NCBI RefSeq assembly: GCF_003918875.1
Contig: NW_025767053.1
Span: 434,001-498,000 of the forward strand
Direction: 5' to 3'
From: Haliotis rubra
Taxonomy: Eukaryota
Length of the DNA stretch: 64,000 nucleotides
Under the pieces are notes generated by a model that worked only from the letters and a program-made list of their open reading frames with translations, ran no database searches and was not told where the DNA came from. This document shows positions 52,058-63,379 of this stretch, one piece after another. Position 1 is the stretch's first letter; every line of letters begins with the position of its first letter. The translations under genes and the position numbers were made by a program.

Positions 52058-52191
52058 CAATTGGACATCGCGAGACGTCACTATGGAAATGAAACATGTG
52101 GTGGAAGTGACAACAACAGAAGACTTTGGAATCTACATGTGTCAGGTGACCAACATGTACGGCACCAATGGCTACAGTATCCACCTCATCG
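52058..52191 (+). CDS. RTK exon 10: Ig4 C-part (NWTSRDVTMEMKHVVEVTTTEDFGIYMCQVTNMYGTNGYSIHLI)
   Basis: Acceptor ttttacag|, donor G|gtaaga. Motif DFGIYMC...N..G. Confidence 0.9.
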
Positions 52192-52199
52192 GTAAGAAC

Positions 52200-53600
52200 A
52201 TCTGCTACCTTCATGTAGTTCACAGCGGTGAGATTACCTAGCCCCTGACTGTAATCCATGCATACACAGGGGATCACCATTATGTACTTGTAGTTCATGC
52301 ATACGTGGGTGTGAATATCTAGTACCTTCCTGTAGTTCATGCATGTATAGATAAGAACACCTCGTACCTTCCTGCAGTTCATGCATACGTGGGTGTGAAT
52401 ATCTAGTACCTTCCTGCAGTTCATGTATGTATAGATAAGAACACCTCGTACCTTCCGGCACTTCATGCATACGTGGGAGTGAATATCTAGTACCTTCCTG
52501 CAGTTCATGTATGTATAGATAAGAACACCTCGTACCTTCCTGCAGTTCATGCATACGTGGGTGTGAATATCTAGTACCTTCCTGTAGTTCATGCATACAT
52601 CGGGGAGCACACAGTACTTTTCTGTAGTTCATGCATACATCGGGGAGCACACAGTACTTTTCTGTAGTTCATGCATACATCGGGGAGCACACAGTACCTT
52701 CCTGCACTTCATGGATACATCGGGGAGCACGCAGTACCTTCCTGCACTTCATGCATACATTGGTGAGAACATTTAGTGCCTTCCTGCAGTTCATGCATAC
52801 ATAGATAAGCACACCTGGGACCTACCTGTAGTTCATGCATACATTGGAGGAGCACATTGCACAATATCTAGTACCTTCCTGCAGTTCATGTATGTATAGA
52901 TAAGAACGCCTCGTACCTTCCTGCAGTTCATGCATTCGCGGGTGTGAATATCTAGTACCTTCCTGTAGTTCACAGCGGTGGGAGTGCCTAGCCCCTGTCT
53001 GTAGTTCATGTATACATCGGGGAGCACGCAGTACCTTCCTGTAGTTCATGCATACATCGGGGAGCACGCAGTACCTTCCTGTAGTTCATGGATACATCGG
53101 GGAGCACACAGTACCTTCCTGCACTTCATGGATACATCGGGGAGCACACAGTACCTTCCTGCACTTCATGGATACATCGGGGAGCACGCAGTACCTTCCT
53201 GTAGTTCATGCATACATCGGGGAGCACACAGTACTTTTCTGTAGTTCATGCATACATCGGGGAGCACACAGTACCTTCCTGCACTTCATGGATACATCGG
53301 GGAGCACGCAGTACCTTCCTGCACTTCATGCATACATTGGTGAGAACATTTAGTACCTTCCAGCAGTTCATGCATACATAGATAAGCACACCTGGGACCT
53401 ACCTGTAGTTCATGCATACATTGGAGGAGCACATTGCACATCGATGTAGTTTACTCATACATCCGCGAGAGCACTAAGTACCTTCCTCTAATGCATGCAT
53501 ACATTAGAGGAGAACATTGCACATCCATATAGTTTACTCATACATCGGCGAGAGCCTTAAGTACCTTCCTCTAATGCATGCATACATCAGTGGGAACATA
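52200..53600 (+). repeat. Compound ~40-bp tandem array filling RTK intron 10
   Basis: AGTACCTTCCTGTAGTTCATGCATACATCGGGGAGCACAC and alternating variants. Confidence 0.9.
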
Positions 53601-53660
53601 TAGCACCTTCCAGTGGGAACATATAGCTCTCAACCCTTGTGTGTATTACCGATGTTGCAG

Positions 53661-53780
53661 GGGCCATGTACAACTGGTGCAGGGGCAGATTGTGCCCCAA
53701 GGACAAGCTCTGTGACGAGGAAAACATCGTCTGCGTGTGTCCACAGGGATATGCCGAGAACAAGGAGGGCGTCTGTAAAG
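53661..53780 (+). CDS. RTK exon 11: EGF-like domain (GAMYNWCRGRLCPKDKLCDEENIVCVCPQGYAENKEGVCK)
   Basis: Phase 1-1 exon with six Cys and the CxC-PxGY-x6-C pattern. Confidence 0.9.
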
Positions 53781-54436
53781 GTGACTCCAGTATTAGGGCC
53801 AACACATACGTTGGTGTTATAGAGCGCCCAGAGCGGTGAACGTGAGGTCGGGCTCAGCTGTCTATTGGCCACAGTGCCCTGACGTGTCCGGACATTGGAA
53901 CAGAGCTGTCTGGATATAGCTGTTAGATTGCTGACTGCGGTTTAAAATAAGATTGACTCACACAGCCGGTATGTGTCAATCGACCATGGTTTGTCCAGAC
54001 GAAGGTGTAGAGCTGTCCTAATATAGCTATGACGCAAGTTACCGACTGCGTTAAACACCACTGACCCACCCACCGGTGTGTGTCCCGAACAGTCGATGTG
54101 GACGATGACGTAAAATGGTTAGCTTTAGGTCTGCGTTCTCTTCTCCACTTCGAGCCCCTGCCTCTGTGTGGTAGGCATGTTAAAAGTTGGGTAAATATCT
54201 TCTCATTCACTGTTGGCGAACTGGCCCAATCAGAGTCTGGGTTTTGTGCAGCCGCCAGACCGAAGCCTAAAGGACAATGGTGGTACGTCCTTCTATGGTA
54301 ACGTCACAATATGAGCGTATCAAGACATAACATCGTGCTACTAAAATGATTTCATGTCCAAAAGATTAACCACCTCATTAGTTGTAGTTAAGGACAACTG
54401 AACAATGTGTATAGAATTCTGTACTTTGTATTCCAG

Positions 54437-54564
54437 ACTCTGCGCCACCGACACAGGCAGTGGAGACGTACGTGTGGGCGGCCGTGGGCGCCAGCAGCTT
54501 GCTCGTGGTCATCTTGGCCATAGGCAGCATCCTGTATATGTGCTGGAAGAGACGGAACAACCTG
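54437..54564 (+). CDS. RTK exon 12: transmembrane helix (DSAPPTQAVETYVWAAVGASSLLVVILAIGSILYMCWKRRNNL)
   Basis: Acceptor ttccag|, donor CTG|gtcagt. About 23 hydrophobic residues followed by a KRR stop-transfer. Confidence 0.9.
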
Positions 54565-54651
54565 GTCAGTACCCGGCATTTGTAATTCCCTCACGACCTT
54601 TCAGGTAAAATGAGCATTAACGACCTGTTCAGTATGTTAGCGCATATATAG

Positions 54652-54883
54652 TGGTTGGTTGGTTTGTTGTTAAACGCCACACTCAGCAATGTTACATCTA
54701 TATGGCGGCGGTCTGTAAATAATCGAGTCTGGACCTGACAATCCAGTGATCAACAGCAAGAGCATCGATCTACGCAATTGGGACACGATGACATATGCCA
54801 ACCAAGTCAGTGAGCCCGACCCCGTTAGTCGTCTCTTACAAGCCTTGGTTACCGAAGACCAATTGTAACCCGGACCTTCACAG
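54652..54883 (-). mobile_element. SINE-like family 2 in RTK intron 12
   Basis: Matches the family consensus. Confidence 0.85.
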
Positions 54884-55288
54884 GCATGTAAATAGTGACG
54901 TGCATGCAGGCGCGTGCGGCTGCTCGTGCAACCAAAGGACGCATGTCTGTTTGCCGACTATCTGTAGCAAACAAAGATACAATGCCGCAGTTAGACATGG
55001 ACACCAAGCACAGACACATTACCCTAAGCAGACCAATTCTTGTTTTACACATCCCCACGAGATTTAGCATCCACAAACAAAGACAAAGCAATGTATACGC
55101 CTGGCCCAATTATTAACATGCTTTGTACTGACACCATTTGGCTTGTCACGGTATAGCTTGTGTGGTTCAAACAGTTCCAGAATGTTGGATATTAGAAATC
55201 GGGAATCCCCCCCCCCCCTTTTCTATAACGTCTGTCACAATTTTCATTACACAAACGTGAACATAACATCATTTCTTTTTGTTTCCAG

Positions 55289-55354
55289 CTCAAACAGAAA
55301 CAAGTCAGGTCGGACAGATTCGCACTTACCAACGCAGTATACTCCCACGCTCAG
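55289..55354 (+). CDS. RTK exon 13: juxtamembrane (LKQKQVRSDRFALTNAVYSHAQ)
   Basis: Strong polypyrimidine acceptor, donor CAG|gtaggc. 66 nt, phase 0/0. Confidence 0.75.
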
Positions 55355-55746
55355 GTAGGCACAACCAGTTTTTGACCGAGTTCCTGTCTACTTTAACGAG
55401 GAGACAAGAAGTGGCCGCGATTGGACAACCTAATAAGAAGCATACATTAGTCTTCGGTATCGAATGAAATCATAAATATTTGGGACTCAATGAAATGTAA
55501 ACTAAATATCTTCACTAATGAACACATTATAAGTTTATTGCACAAAACGTTCGGATGTCTGGTGTGGACGTCTTCATGTGTATTTGGATTAATTATGAAT
55601 GACGATACGCATGTGCACTTGTGGCCGGCTGGACGGGCGTGGTAGACGCCTGCAGCACATTTTACAACGAGTCTTACATGGAATCAGCCATCGTGTTATT
55701 TCTTATATTCTGACGTTATAATACATACTGTCAACTTCCTCCCTAG

Positions 55747-55924
55747 TATGCCACTTCTAACATCTATGAGATTATCACGAGACCCAGTGACGAGTTCCCG
55801 CGGGAACGCCTGAGATTTCTCCACGCACTTGGAGTCGGCAAGTTTGGCCGGGTAATGAAGGCGGAAGCTCTTAGCATCAACCGCACAGGATCCTGGGAAG
55901 ATGTAGCAGTCAAAATGTGTCAAG
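55747..55924 (+). CDS. RTK exon 14: kinase subdomains I-II (YATSNIYEII...EFPRERLRFLHALGVGKFGRVMKAEA...VAVKMCQ)
   Basis: GxGxFG and VAVK motifs, canonical splice sites. Confidence 0.95.
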
Positions 55925-56903
55925 GTCAGTTTAAAAAAAAATGCATCAAAGATGATACGTGTCTATGTGAACATTCGCCAGTAAACATCGCAAATTGTAA
56001 ATTCTCAGTACGAGCGAGCGAAGCATTAACAGTAGCCTTTTTATGTCCCTATCAAGGAAACTAATACTGTTCTCCAAATGGAAAGTAAAACCAACAATGT
56101 CATATATGGTTTTGATATCCCATACACGCTGTCAGTACAGCCACAAGTTGTTAGATCTTGTTTATCTGTAATGGCTTTATTTTGTTAATATTTAAATGTT
56201 AGGATGAGGTGAAAAATATATAAAAACTCCCTCTGCATGAACGCAAAAACCCGTCCATCTTCCATTCAGTTTTAGGCGTGTTTGTCACGTAGTGACAAGA
56301 TATTTCGCCATTTCGTCACGGGGAGGTGATTAATACCTGCGTCTAAACATCTGAGTTGTATGGATCGTTGTACCTACGAAACAGATTTCTGTTCACAATG
56401 AAGCCTGATATTGTTTGGATATATTTTTCGTACGTAGCTTTATCTCTGTCATGAATGTATGAGCCTTGGTTAGGAATTAGTAGTAGTAAGAGGACTCAAA
56501 GGATGCTATAAGAATGCCAGGTATATTGCGCCTATCTGTACGTTAATATATCAAAATATATAACATTATCAGTTTTCCTTCCCTCCAACGTTCTGTACTA
56601 CACGAAAATAGACACATCTGATTGCATTAATGACAATAGTAAAACACTGACAGGAACCAGTCTTTGTGTCAAGACGTGAAAAATGTATATTTTCTCTTCG
56701 GGCTAAATGTGTGTTTCGAAGCCTCTTGGAAATATGTTTTTATTTTTTATTGTTTGAATTTTGGTTGAAATAATATTTACGTGTTACAATATACCGAAGA
56801 TAGGGAATAACGTCGGAAGTCGATACGTTTCTGTACTGGAGTTTCTTTATCTAACTACCGAACCACGTACTGGCATTGACTCGTTTGTCCTCGCTGTTCC
56901 CAG

Positions 56904-57014
56904 AGTCTGCCACAGATCTGGACAAAGAGGATCTGTACAATGAGCTGATGATCATCAGGAAAATCCCCAAACACATCAACGTCGTCAGCTTCTACGGCGC
57001 CTGCACATACGGAG
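56904..57014 (+). CDS. RTK exon 15: alphaC helix and subdomain IV (ESATDLDKEDLYNELMIIRKIPKHINVVSFYGACTYG)
   Basis: Conserved Glu and HxNVV...GACT, canonical splice sites. Confidence 0.95.
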
Positions 57015-57687
57015 GTAGGTCGTCCTTGTGTGGTGTTCGTGTGACGTTTGTGAATGCGAGACAGTGAATGTCATCAATGAGGTGGGTGGCCTAGGTCAGA
57101 CATCACAGTGGCTGATAGTATGAATAACGATCTTCGAAAGCAGCAACACCAGCTGCCACATGAGATACACCGTGTAATATTCTAGTCGCCACTGCCGATA
57201 CGTCTACGATACATTCGACCACATGGGTCTGATGCGGCCGTTGACCCACTCCGACCTTCTGCTCACTTGGAAGACGCTCTATCCACTGCATGATCCTTCA
57301 CAGTGTCACGACAGTTCTTTTGTCCAAGAGTCTCCTCGTGGTAATACACCAAGGCACCTTACAACCCCATATTAGGAAATGTGCAGTAGCCAGTTAAACA
57401 TGCATCCCTGCTTTTCAGAGAGACCAAGAAGCATTTGTTTTGTCTGATAGCAATTCGATATTTACATACTTGACAGTTCCGGGATATAAAGATGACTCCT
57501 GTCTTTGAACGAAAGAGTTATCTTTCAATGATCTGTATCAGGGTAGTTGCTCATTAGTTTGAGGCAGATTTCTCAATGGTGGACTTCTGATAAGGTACAA
57601 CATTGGTCTGAAGGTGTGTTTGTTTATCGTTCTGCAGTTAGCAATATTCCATCCATATGACAGCTGTGATCGAACCTGGAGTAAACA

Positions 57688-57836
57688 GGGGCGGTGGGGT
57701 AGCCTAGTGGTTAAGGCACTCGCTCGTCACGCCTAAGACCCCGGGTTCGAATCCCCACATGGGTACATTGTGTGAAGCCCATTTCTGGTGTCCCCCGCCG
57801 TGATATTGCTGGAATATTGCTAAAAGCGGCGTAAAA
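57688..57836 (+). mobile_element. SINE family 1, intact, with 12-bp TSD CTGGAGTAAACA, inserted in a decayed family 2 copy
   Basis: A and B boxes present. TSD at 57676..57687 and 57837..57848. Confidence 0.9.
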
Positions 57837-57950
57837 CTGGAGTAAACAATCAATAATTGACGTTTTAAGCATGGATCTAGGCAATTATCTTTGTGTGTGC
57901 ATACAGTGGGCTAATGGCTATGTACACGTGTAAAACGTCTTGCGTTACAG

Positions 57951-58178
57951 AGCCTCTCCTTCTCATCTTGGAGTATGTCCCTGGCGGGGATCTGCGCAAC
58001 TACCTGCGCAGACGCCGACCTGCCTACGACAAGACATGGGAGAGTCCAGTCAGTGTACATGAGAGCCCCCCTAGCTTTGGAGGAAGTGTCCAAAGATGAT
58101 GGAGAGCTGACGGCCAAAGATCTACTGTCCTTTGCTTTACAGACAGCCAGAGGAATGCAGCACCTTGAAGCCAACAGC
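57951..58178 (+). CDS. RTK exon 16: hinge, short kinase insert and alphaE; contains a +1 frameshift
   Basis: EPLLLILEYVPGGDLRNYLRRRR is in one frame and LTAKDLLSFALQTARGMQHLEANS in another. The exon is 228 nt where 227 is needed. There is a C6 run at 58066..58071. Confidence 0.9.
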
Positions 58179-58396
58179 GTATGTGTCAGAGTGTATATGA
58201 AATACAGAAATATGTTTAATCAGAGAATATACATAATCAGAGAATCTGCATAACTATTACCCAATATATTAACCGCTGGTTCGGGAAGACTTAACGGAAT
58301 TGATTTCTTTGGCTGACTGCGGCGTAAAACACCCCCTACACCATAGTTTGACGACAGTGTTACTGATTTTTTGCTTGTTATGCATCGTGGTTACAG

Positions 58397-58631
58397 ATCG
58401 TACATCGTGACGTCGCTGCCAGGAACGTCTTGGTCGGATACAACTGTGTGTGCAAGATCTCGGACTTTGGTCTCGCGAGAGATGTAGAGGGCGTGGACGT
58501 GTACGAGAGGACGTCCAAGGGGCCGCTCCCAGTCAGGTGGATGCCCCCTGAAGCTTTGATGGAGGGGTTCCACAGTCACAAAGCGGACGTGTGGTCCTTC
58601 GGGGTCTTACTGTGGGAGATCGTTACACTAG
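58397..58631 (+). CDS. RTK exon 17: catalytic loop, activation loop and P+1 loop
   Basis: [13 protein letters not shown]...[10 protein letters not shown]...[18 protein letters not shown]...[16 protein letters not shown]. Confidence 0.97.
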
Positions 58632-58784
58632 GTAGTCAAATATTTCATTCATAATTCCTTGATTGCATAGTGCTCGATATTACATATTGATCATTTTAGA
58701 AATTTGAGTTCGGTGTTTGATAATAGGTGATCCACACAAAGAACTGTTCTTCGTTAATGTCATAACGTGTACCTTTTAATCCAC

Positions 58785-59025
58785 AGGTGAAAATCCGGGT
58801 TAGCATTGCTTTTCGGCAACCCATGATGCTTGTCTTAAGAGGCGACTAACGGGATCGGGTCGTCAGGCTCGCTGACTTTGTTGACACGTCATGGCATCCC
58901 AGGTGCTTAGATGGATGTAAATGCTGTCGTTCACCGGATTGTCTGGTCCAGATTCGATTATTAACACACCGTCGCAATACAGCTGAAATATTGCTGAGTG
59001 CGGTGTTAAATAAAGACAAACAAAC
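58785..59025 (+). mobile_element. SINE-like family 2 in RTK intron 17
   Basis: Matches the family consensus. Confidence 0.85.
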
Positions 59026-59047
59026 TAATGTTTTAATCCAACATCCC

Positions 59048-59187
59048 NNNNNNNNNNNNNNNNNNNNNNNNNNNNNNNNNNNNNNNNNNNNNNNNNNNNN
59101 NNNNNNNNNNNNNNNNNNNNNNNNNNNNNNNNNNNNNNNNNNNNNNNNNNNNNNNNNNNNNNNNNNNNNNNNNNNNNNNNNNNNNNN
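59048..59187. other. Assembly gap (140 N)
   Basis: Run of N in intron 17. The protein is continuous across it. Confidence 1.
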
Positions 59188-59217
59188 CCAGTCACTCACT
59201 GATGTATCTCTGTGTAG

Positions 59218-59314
59218 GAGCCAGTCCCTACTCCACGATGACACTGCGAGGGGTCATTGACGCCGTTGTTGCTGGGAAACGTCTGGAGCGACCTCAGTAC
59301 TGCATGGACGAACT
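59218..59314 (+). CDS. RTK exon 18 (GASPYSTMTLRGVIDAVVAGKRLERPQYCMDEL)
   Basis: Acceptor tgtgtag|, donor CT|gtaagt. Tyr-kinase pattern GxxPY...GxRLxxP..C. Confidence 0.92.
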
Positions 59315-59967
59315 GTAAGTGTGAAGCCAATTCCGGTGTTTGCTATCAGTTGGATTCTGTAGGAATATACACAAATCACGTCAGTATAGAAGGGATCTTA
59401 TCGGGATTCTGATCCAGTACCCAGTACCCCCAGTACCCCCAAATTTCTACAAACCTACAGAAAAAGGGGATATATTTGTCTGATTACATATCATGGCGTA
59501 CATGTTCACCTGCAAGTAGGATGAATGCGAGGACATGACATGAGAATTCCGCGGCAGAATTTGTTTGTCTTGTTCCGGAGTATACAGGACTACCGTGGGG
59601 TAGGTGTACAAATAAAATATCTCTCACTCACTGCCCACTACCATGTAGCCTACCCACCATGGTAGATGAGAACTTAAATATAGCATAGCAAGATGCGATC
59701 TGCTTGGGGAACTTCGTTGCAAATGAAGAACAAGTTAATTTGTTTACCGTTAAAACAATGGGATTCACTTTGAAAATACCGCCTCGGGCTCAAGATAATT
59801 TGAAATGTGAACGAATGTGGAATTGTGCTCATAGTGTGTGGCCCAGTTTGCGCATATAGTGCCCATCAATACCCATCACCCTTGAGACGTGAATAGACTG
59901 AGCCAGTCATCAATATTCATCGGTGGCGGCAGGAATTTACACTGATTTCACAATTTATGTTGCCCAG

Positions 59968-60145
59968 GTACTCGCTGATGAGCAAGTGTTGGGAACATCA
60001 GCCTCAAGACCGGCCCTGCTTCAAAGAGCTCGTGCAGCACGTGGAGTACCTGCTTGAGAAGGAGGCGGACTACATACAGCTCGACCAGTTCCAAGAGGCA
60101 GTGTACATGGTGTTGGAGCCCGATTCCCAGGACGAGAAGCTATAA
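59968..60145 (+). CDS. RTK exon 19, terminal (YSLMSKCWEHQPQDRPCFKEL...EADYIQLDQFQEAVYMVLEPDSQDEKL*)
   Basis: CW...RP.F subdomain XI motif followed by a TAA stop. Confidence 0.95.
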
Positions 60146-62128
60146 GAGTTGTCGTTCTTGGATACTACGTAACTGGAACTGGAGTCGAATTTGATTAACT
60201 AGCTGTCCTCGTGTGCATCGTGACATGCATAATTAAAAGACGTGCAAGCCTGAACTATGAGGCTTAAATTGGGAGAACCTACGAATGTTGTCGTTTCTGG
60301 ATAACGACCAGTGTCTTACCTTGTGATATTGTGTATCCACTCATTTAGATAAATTTTCGTACACAATTATTAACATAGCAGTTGGCAATGTATAACTTCA
60401 TACGACAGTGAATTCCAGAAAGGTTGAAAGGTCACATGGCAGTAAATAAACGCAGTTCCAACCAAAATACTTCAGTGGATCGTGGCACTGACAATGTTTG
60501 TCTTTTGAAATCTTTCCAGTTGATATTCACAACGGATGTACTGCTACGTCAAAGAAGAAGAATTGGAAACGACAGAGGAAAAAGTTCTGTGAAAAATTGT
60601 TTGGATCAAGTGGTGGTCGGTTGACCAATTAAAATGGGACTTGGTAACACGATCTGAGGCTCGTGGTCAGTCATCTTAGCTTGATGTTGGCAATGGAACC
60701 TGTGCTACACCCTCACTGACCATATCAAATGTTCATTCATCATTGTTTGTTAAAAATGGCCTCGTCACAGGTTTTTTCAGTCTCTATTCATGACACACTT
60801 CTGCTTTCCATTGAAGTGAAATTATATTTTCATTTGAACGCAAACACTTTACCAGGACTATTTTCCTACAAGAGTTATCTCCCTGGCATTAACACGTCCT
60901 ATCTATGCCCTTTTTTTAAGTATCGGTTCTTTCCATTTCGTATTTTTGTGCAAATGTTTCCATGTAAACTGTACATACCTCTCGTCAATTGAGATTGAAA
61001 GAAGTTGACCATTACACCAATGTAAATACTTCTATTGCCCTACAATATTCTCTAATATTTCTCTTTGTATATTTTCATGATTTACTTTATCTCTTGTTAC
61101 ATTTGTAGCTATACTATTTTATACAAATAATTACACACAACTTGAACGTATTGTGTTATGAAGTGTATACAACGCGTCTCTTGAAATACCATGTCGCTCT
61201 CATCTCGTGACGTGCAAAGGAGGACACCTGTTGATGAGGGAAGCAAGACTTGTTATTTGACACGAGCAGTATCGGCTATTTATCATCTTCAGCTGGCTTC
61301 CTTGGGATTTGTCTGGATGGGATCAAGCGGCATGTCGTGATAGGTATCGCAACAAAATGACTTCACAAAGCGTTGTGGACCATGGTTAAAGCATGCGTTA
61401 CCATGACATCTCATGCGAATGTTCCCGCTTATTACTTTGTCTCTGAAGACGGACACGTGTCCTCTTCACACTGTGAAAACGAGGTAGAAACTGAAATAGT
61501 TGGACCGATGACTTTGGATGATAAGTAGAATCGAACCCTCGACTTCTTTAGATATCAAATTTAGCATGTCTTAAATGTCTGGGAGTTTAACACTGGGATT
61601 GTCTGTGAAGTGCCGCCATTCCATGCTTGAAGGTGCAGTTATATTGTTGAACGCCACGCGAAATAATATATCGCCTGATATATTCTCAGTACTACATTGT
61701 ATAGAAAAATCGTAGCATGTTTACCACGTGTCACAAACAATTATAAAGGGCCCACCCTGGTCTCCGGTTCCTCAGTGCTGACTATAATGGCGATTGGTTG
61801 TCACCCGGTGAAACGTTGCTTGTGTTATCAACCACCGGTTTTCCTAGTCCATTCAGACGTGATATAAATATAATATTGCCTGACTGTGTAGTTAATCAGT
61901 TACCACCGTCTCCATGGTAGGCTGTTAAATCGTCTTTCCACGAAGGCTAATGTCTTTTGTCATACCAAAAGATGTTAAAGGACGGTACTTAATGTTTCCC
62001 TGCCTGGCGCTCGGCGTTGAGGGGATGAAACAATGAATGATATGTTCAGACACCATACCTGGCCAAGCATATTCTTGTACATAGTGTAGTGTGTTGACAA
62101 TGTGTACACAGATTGATTTGTTTACATA

Positions 62129-62520
62129 TACTACTCACACTTTATTAAGGATCACAAAAAATCACAAGTTTACTTAAACGTAGATTTATATTTTGAAATT
62201 GTATCCATATCAAACTTGATAAATAATGATATGGTAGCCCCTCTTTAGGAAAACAATCACTTTAATCTAACCTTATGCACTTGATACATCAGTAACCATA
62301 AAAAATGGTTTTCATGGCACCAATCAACCATTTTGCATATCATGGAACGAGTCATTGACAAGTACACAACACCTGTCAATAGCAGGTATGGATCCACAAG
62401 ATGGAATGAAATACCAGGATCCATGCTTACAGTAACCCTCGATTCTTAAACCAAATTTGACCCCACATCATAGTTTTCTGTTGAATCCATGCTTTGATCC
62501 TTAGCAAAGTGTGAATAGTA
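62129..62520. mobile_element. Second copy of the ~400-bp MITE, inverted relative to 51005..51407
   Basis: Same TIRs, TA TSD, internal sequence collinear in reverse. Confidence 0.8.
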
Positions 62521-63379
62521 TACATGTCAAAGTATTTAGAGCAGTATTTGTGCAGCCCACTCTGCTTGTTGTGAAGACGGCTCAATCTGATATTTCTTGT
62601 TGATAAAGTGATATTGCAGTTTATTGAATTAATATTACAGAATTAGTGTTAACCGAAGCATCCTTGCTTATTCCGGAAGTGTTGCTCTACCCACAAGGGC
62701 ATGAGGTTGAGATTAAAATAAGTATTTCTTTCTGGATAGTTCATAAAAGAAAATAGCGATACGTTTAATATTACGTGATATTGAATATCCATACGATTTT
62801 AAAGTTGTTATCAAGACTTAAACTGTCTGCACCTTTCAGTACCGACAGCTCAAAAGAAGTTAAGCATAGTTCATATGACTATAGCTGATGTACGATGTTG
62901 GATATTGCACATATTGGATATTGCATTGTGGATGTAACGTAACTTATGCTGGCTAGTATATATCGATTTGCAGATGAACTATCACTTCAAGTGCTGATGG
63001 TATAGCTTAGCTTACACTATGTTGCCGTTACAGAAGCTGCTGTTTTAGTAGTGTTGATGAAACCTTTAGTTATTTCTGTTTTGTTCAACAAATTTCATTA
63101 TTCAGTCATATAATACATTTTTGTTTCTGTATTGTCCGATATATTTTTCATCTAATATATACTTATATGTACGTTTTGTTTACTTCAAAGTTTTATGTTG
63201 TATAAAATGTAAGCTGAAACGCATAATACCTTTGTTTCTTCTCGTTTACATCAGACGTGAATAAAAATGTTTCAACGATAATCGGTTCATATGTTTCGAT
63301 CCAAGAAGTACGTTTCCTTGTTTCAGAAAATGATAACTTTATGCATAACATGTTGCATTACAAGCACACAATCCTTAAC

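Larger units (their letters stand above)
35115..60145 (+). other. Gene B span: Ig(x4)-EGF-TM receptor tyrosine kinase, 19 coding exons, about 895 aa (Cad96Ca/Stitcher- or Ret-like kinase)
   Basis: All 18 introns are GT-AG with matching phases. Motifs [26 protein letters not shown] and DVWSFG are present. One +1 frameshift in exon 16. Confidence 0.9.

Noticed and set aside
54565-54604. Extension of the TM exon to the CAG|gtaaaa donor at 54604
   Set aside because: An in-frame TAA precedes it, and the donor at 54564 already matches the phase of exon 13.
58044-58074. Micro-intron explaining the kinase frameshift
   Set aside because: The only frame-restoring GT..AG is ~31 nt with a weak donor, too short for a typical spliceosomal intron.
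59048-59187. Missing kinase exon hidden in the N gap
   Set aside because: Exons 17 and 18 join in phase as WEIVTLG-ASPY with nothing missing.
60146-63280. Defined 3' UTR or polyA site of the RTK
   Set aside because: Several AATAAA/ATTAAA candidates (~60232, ~60446, ~63260) and no way to choose among them from sequence alone.
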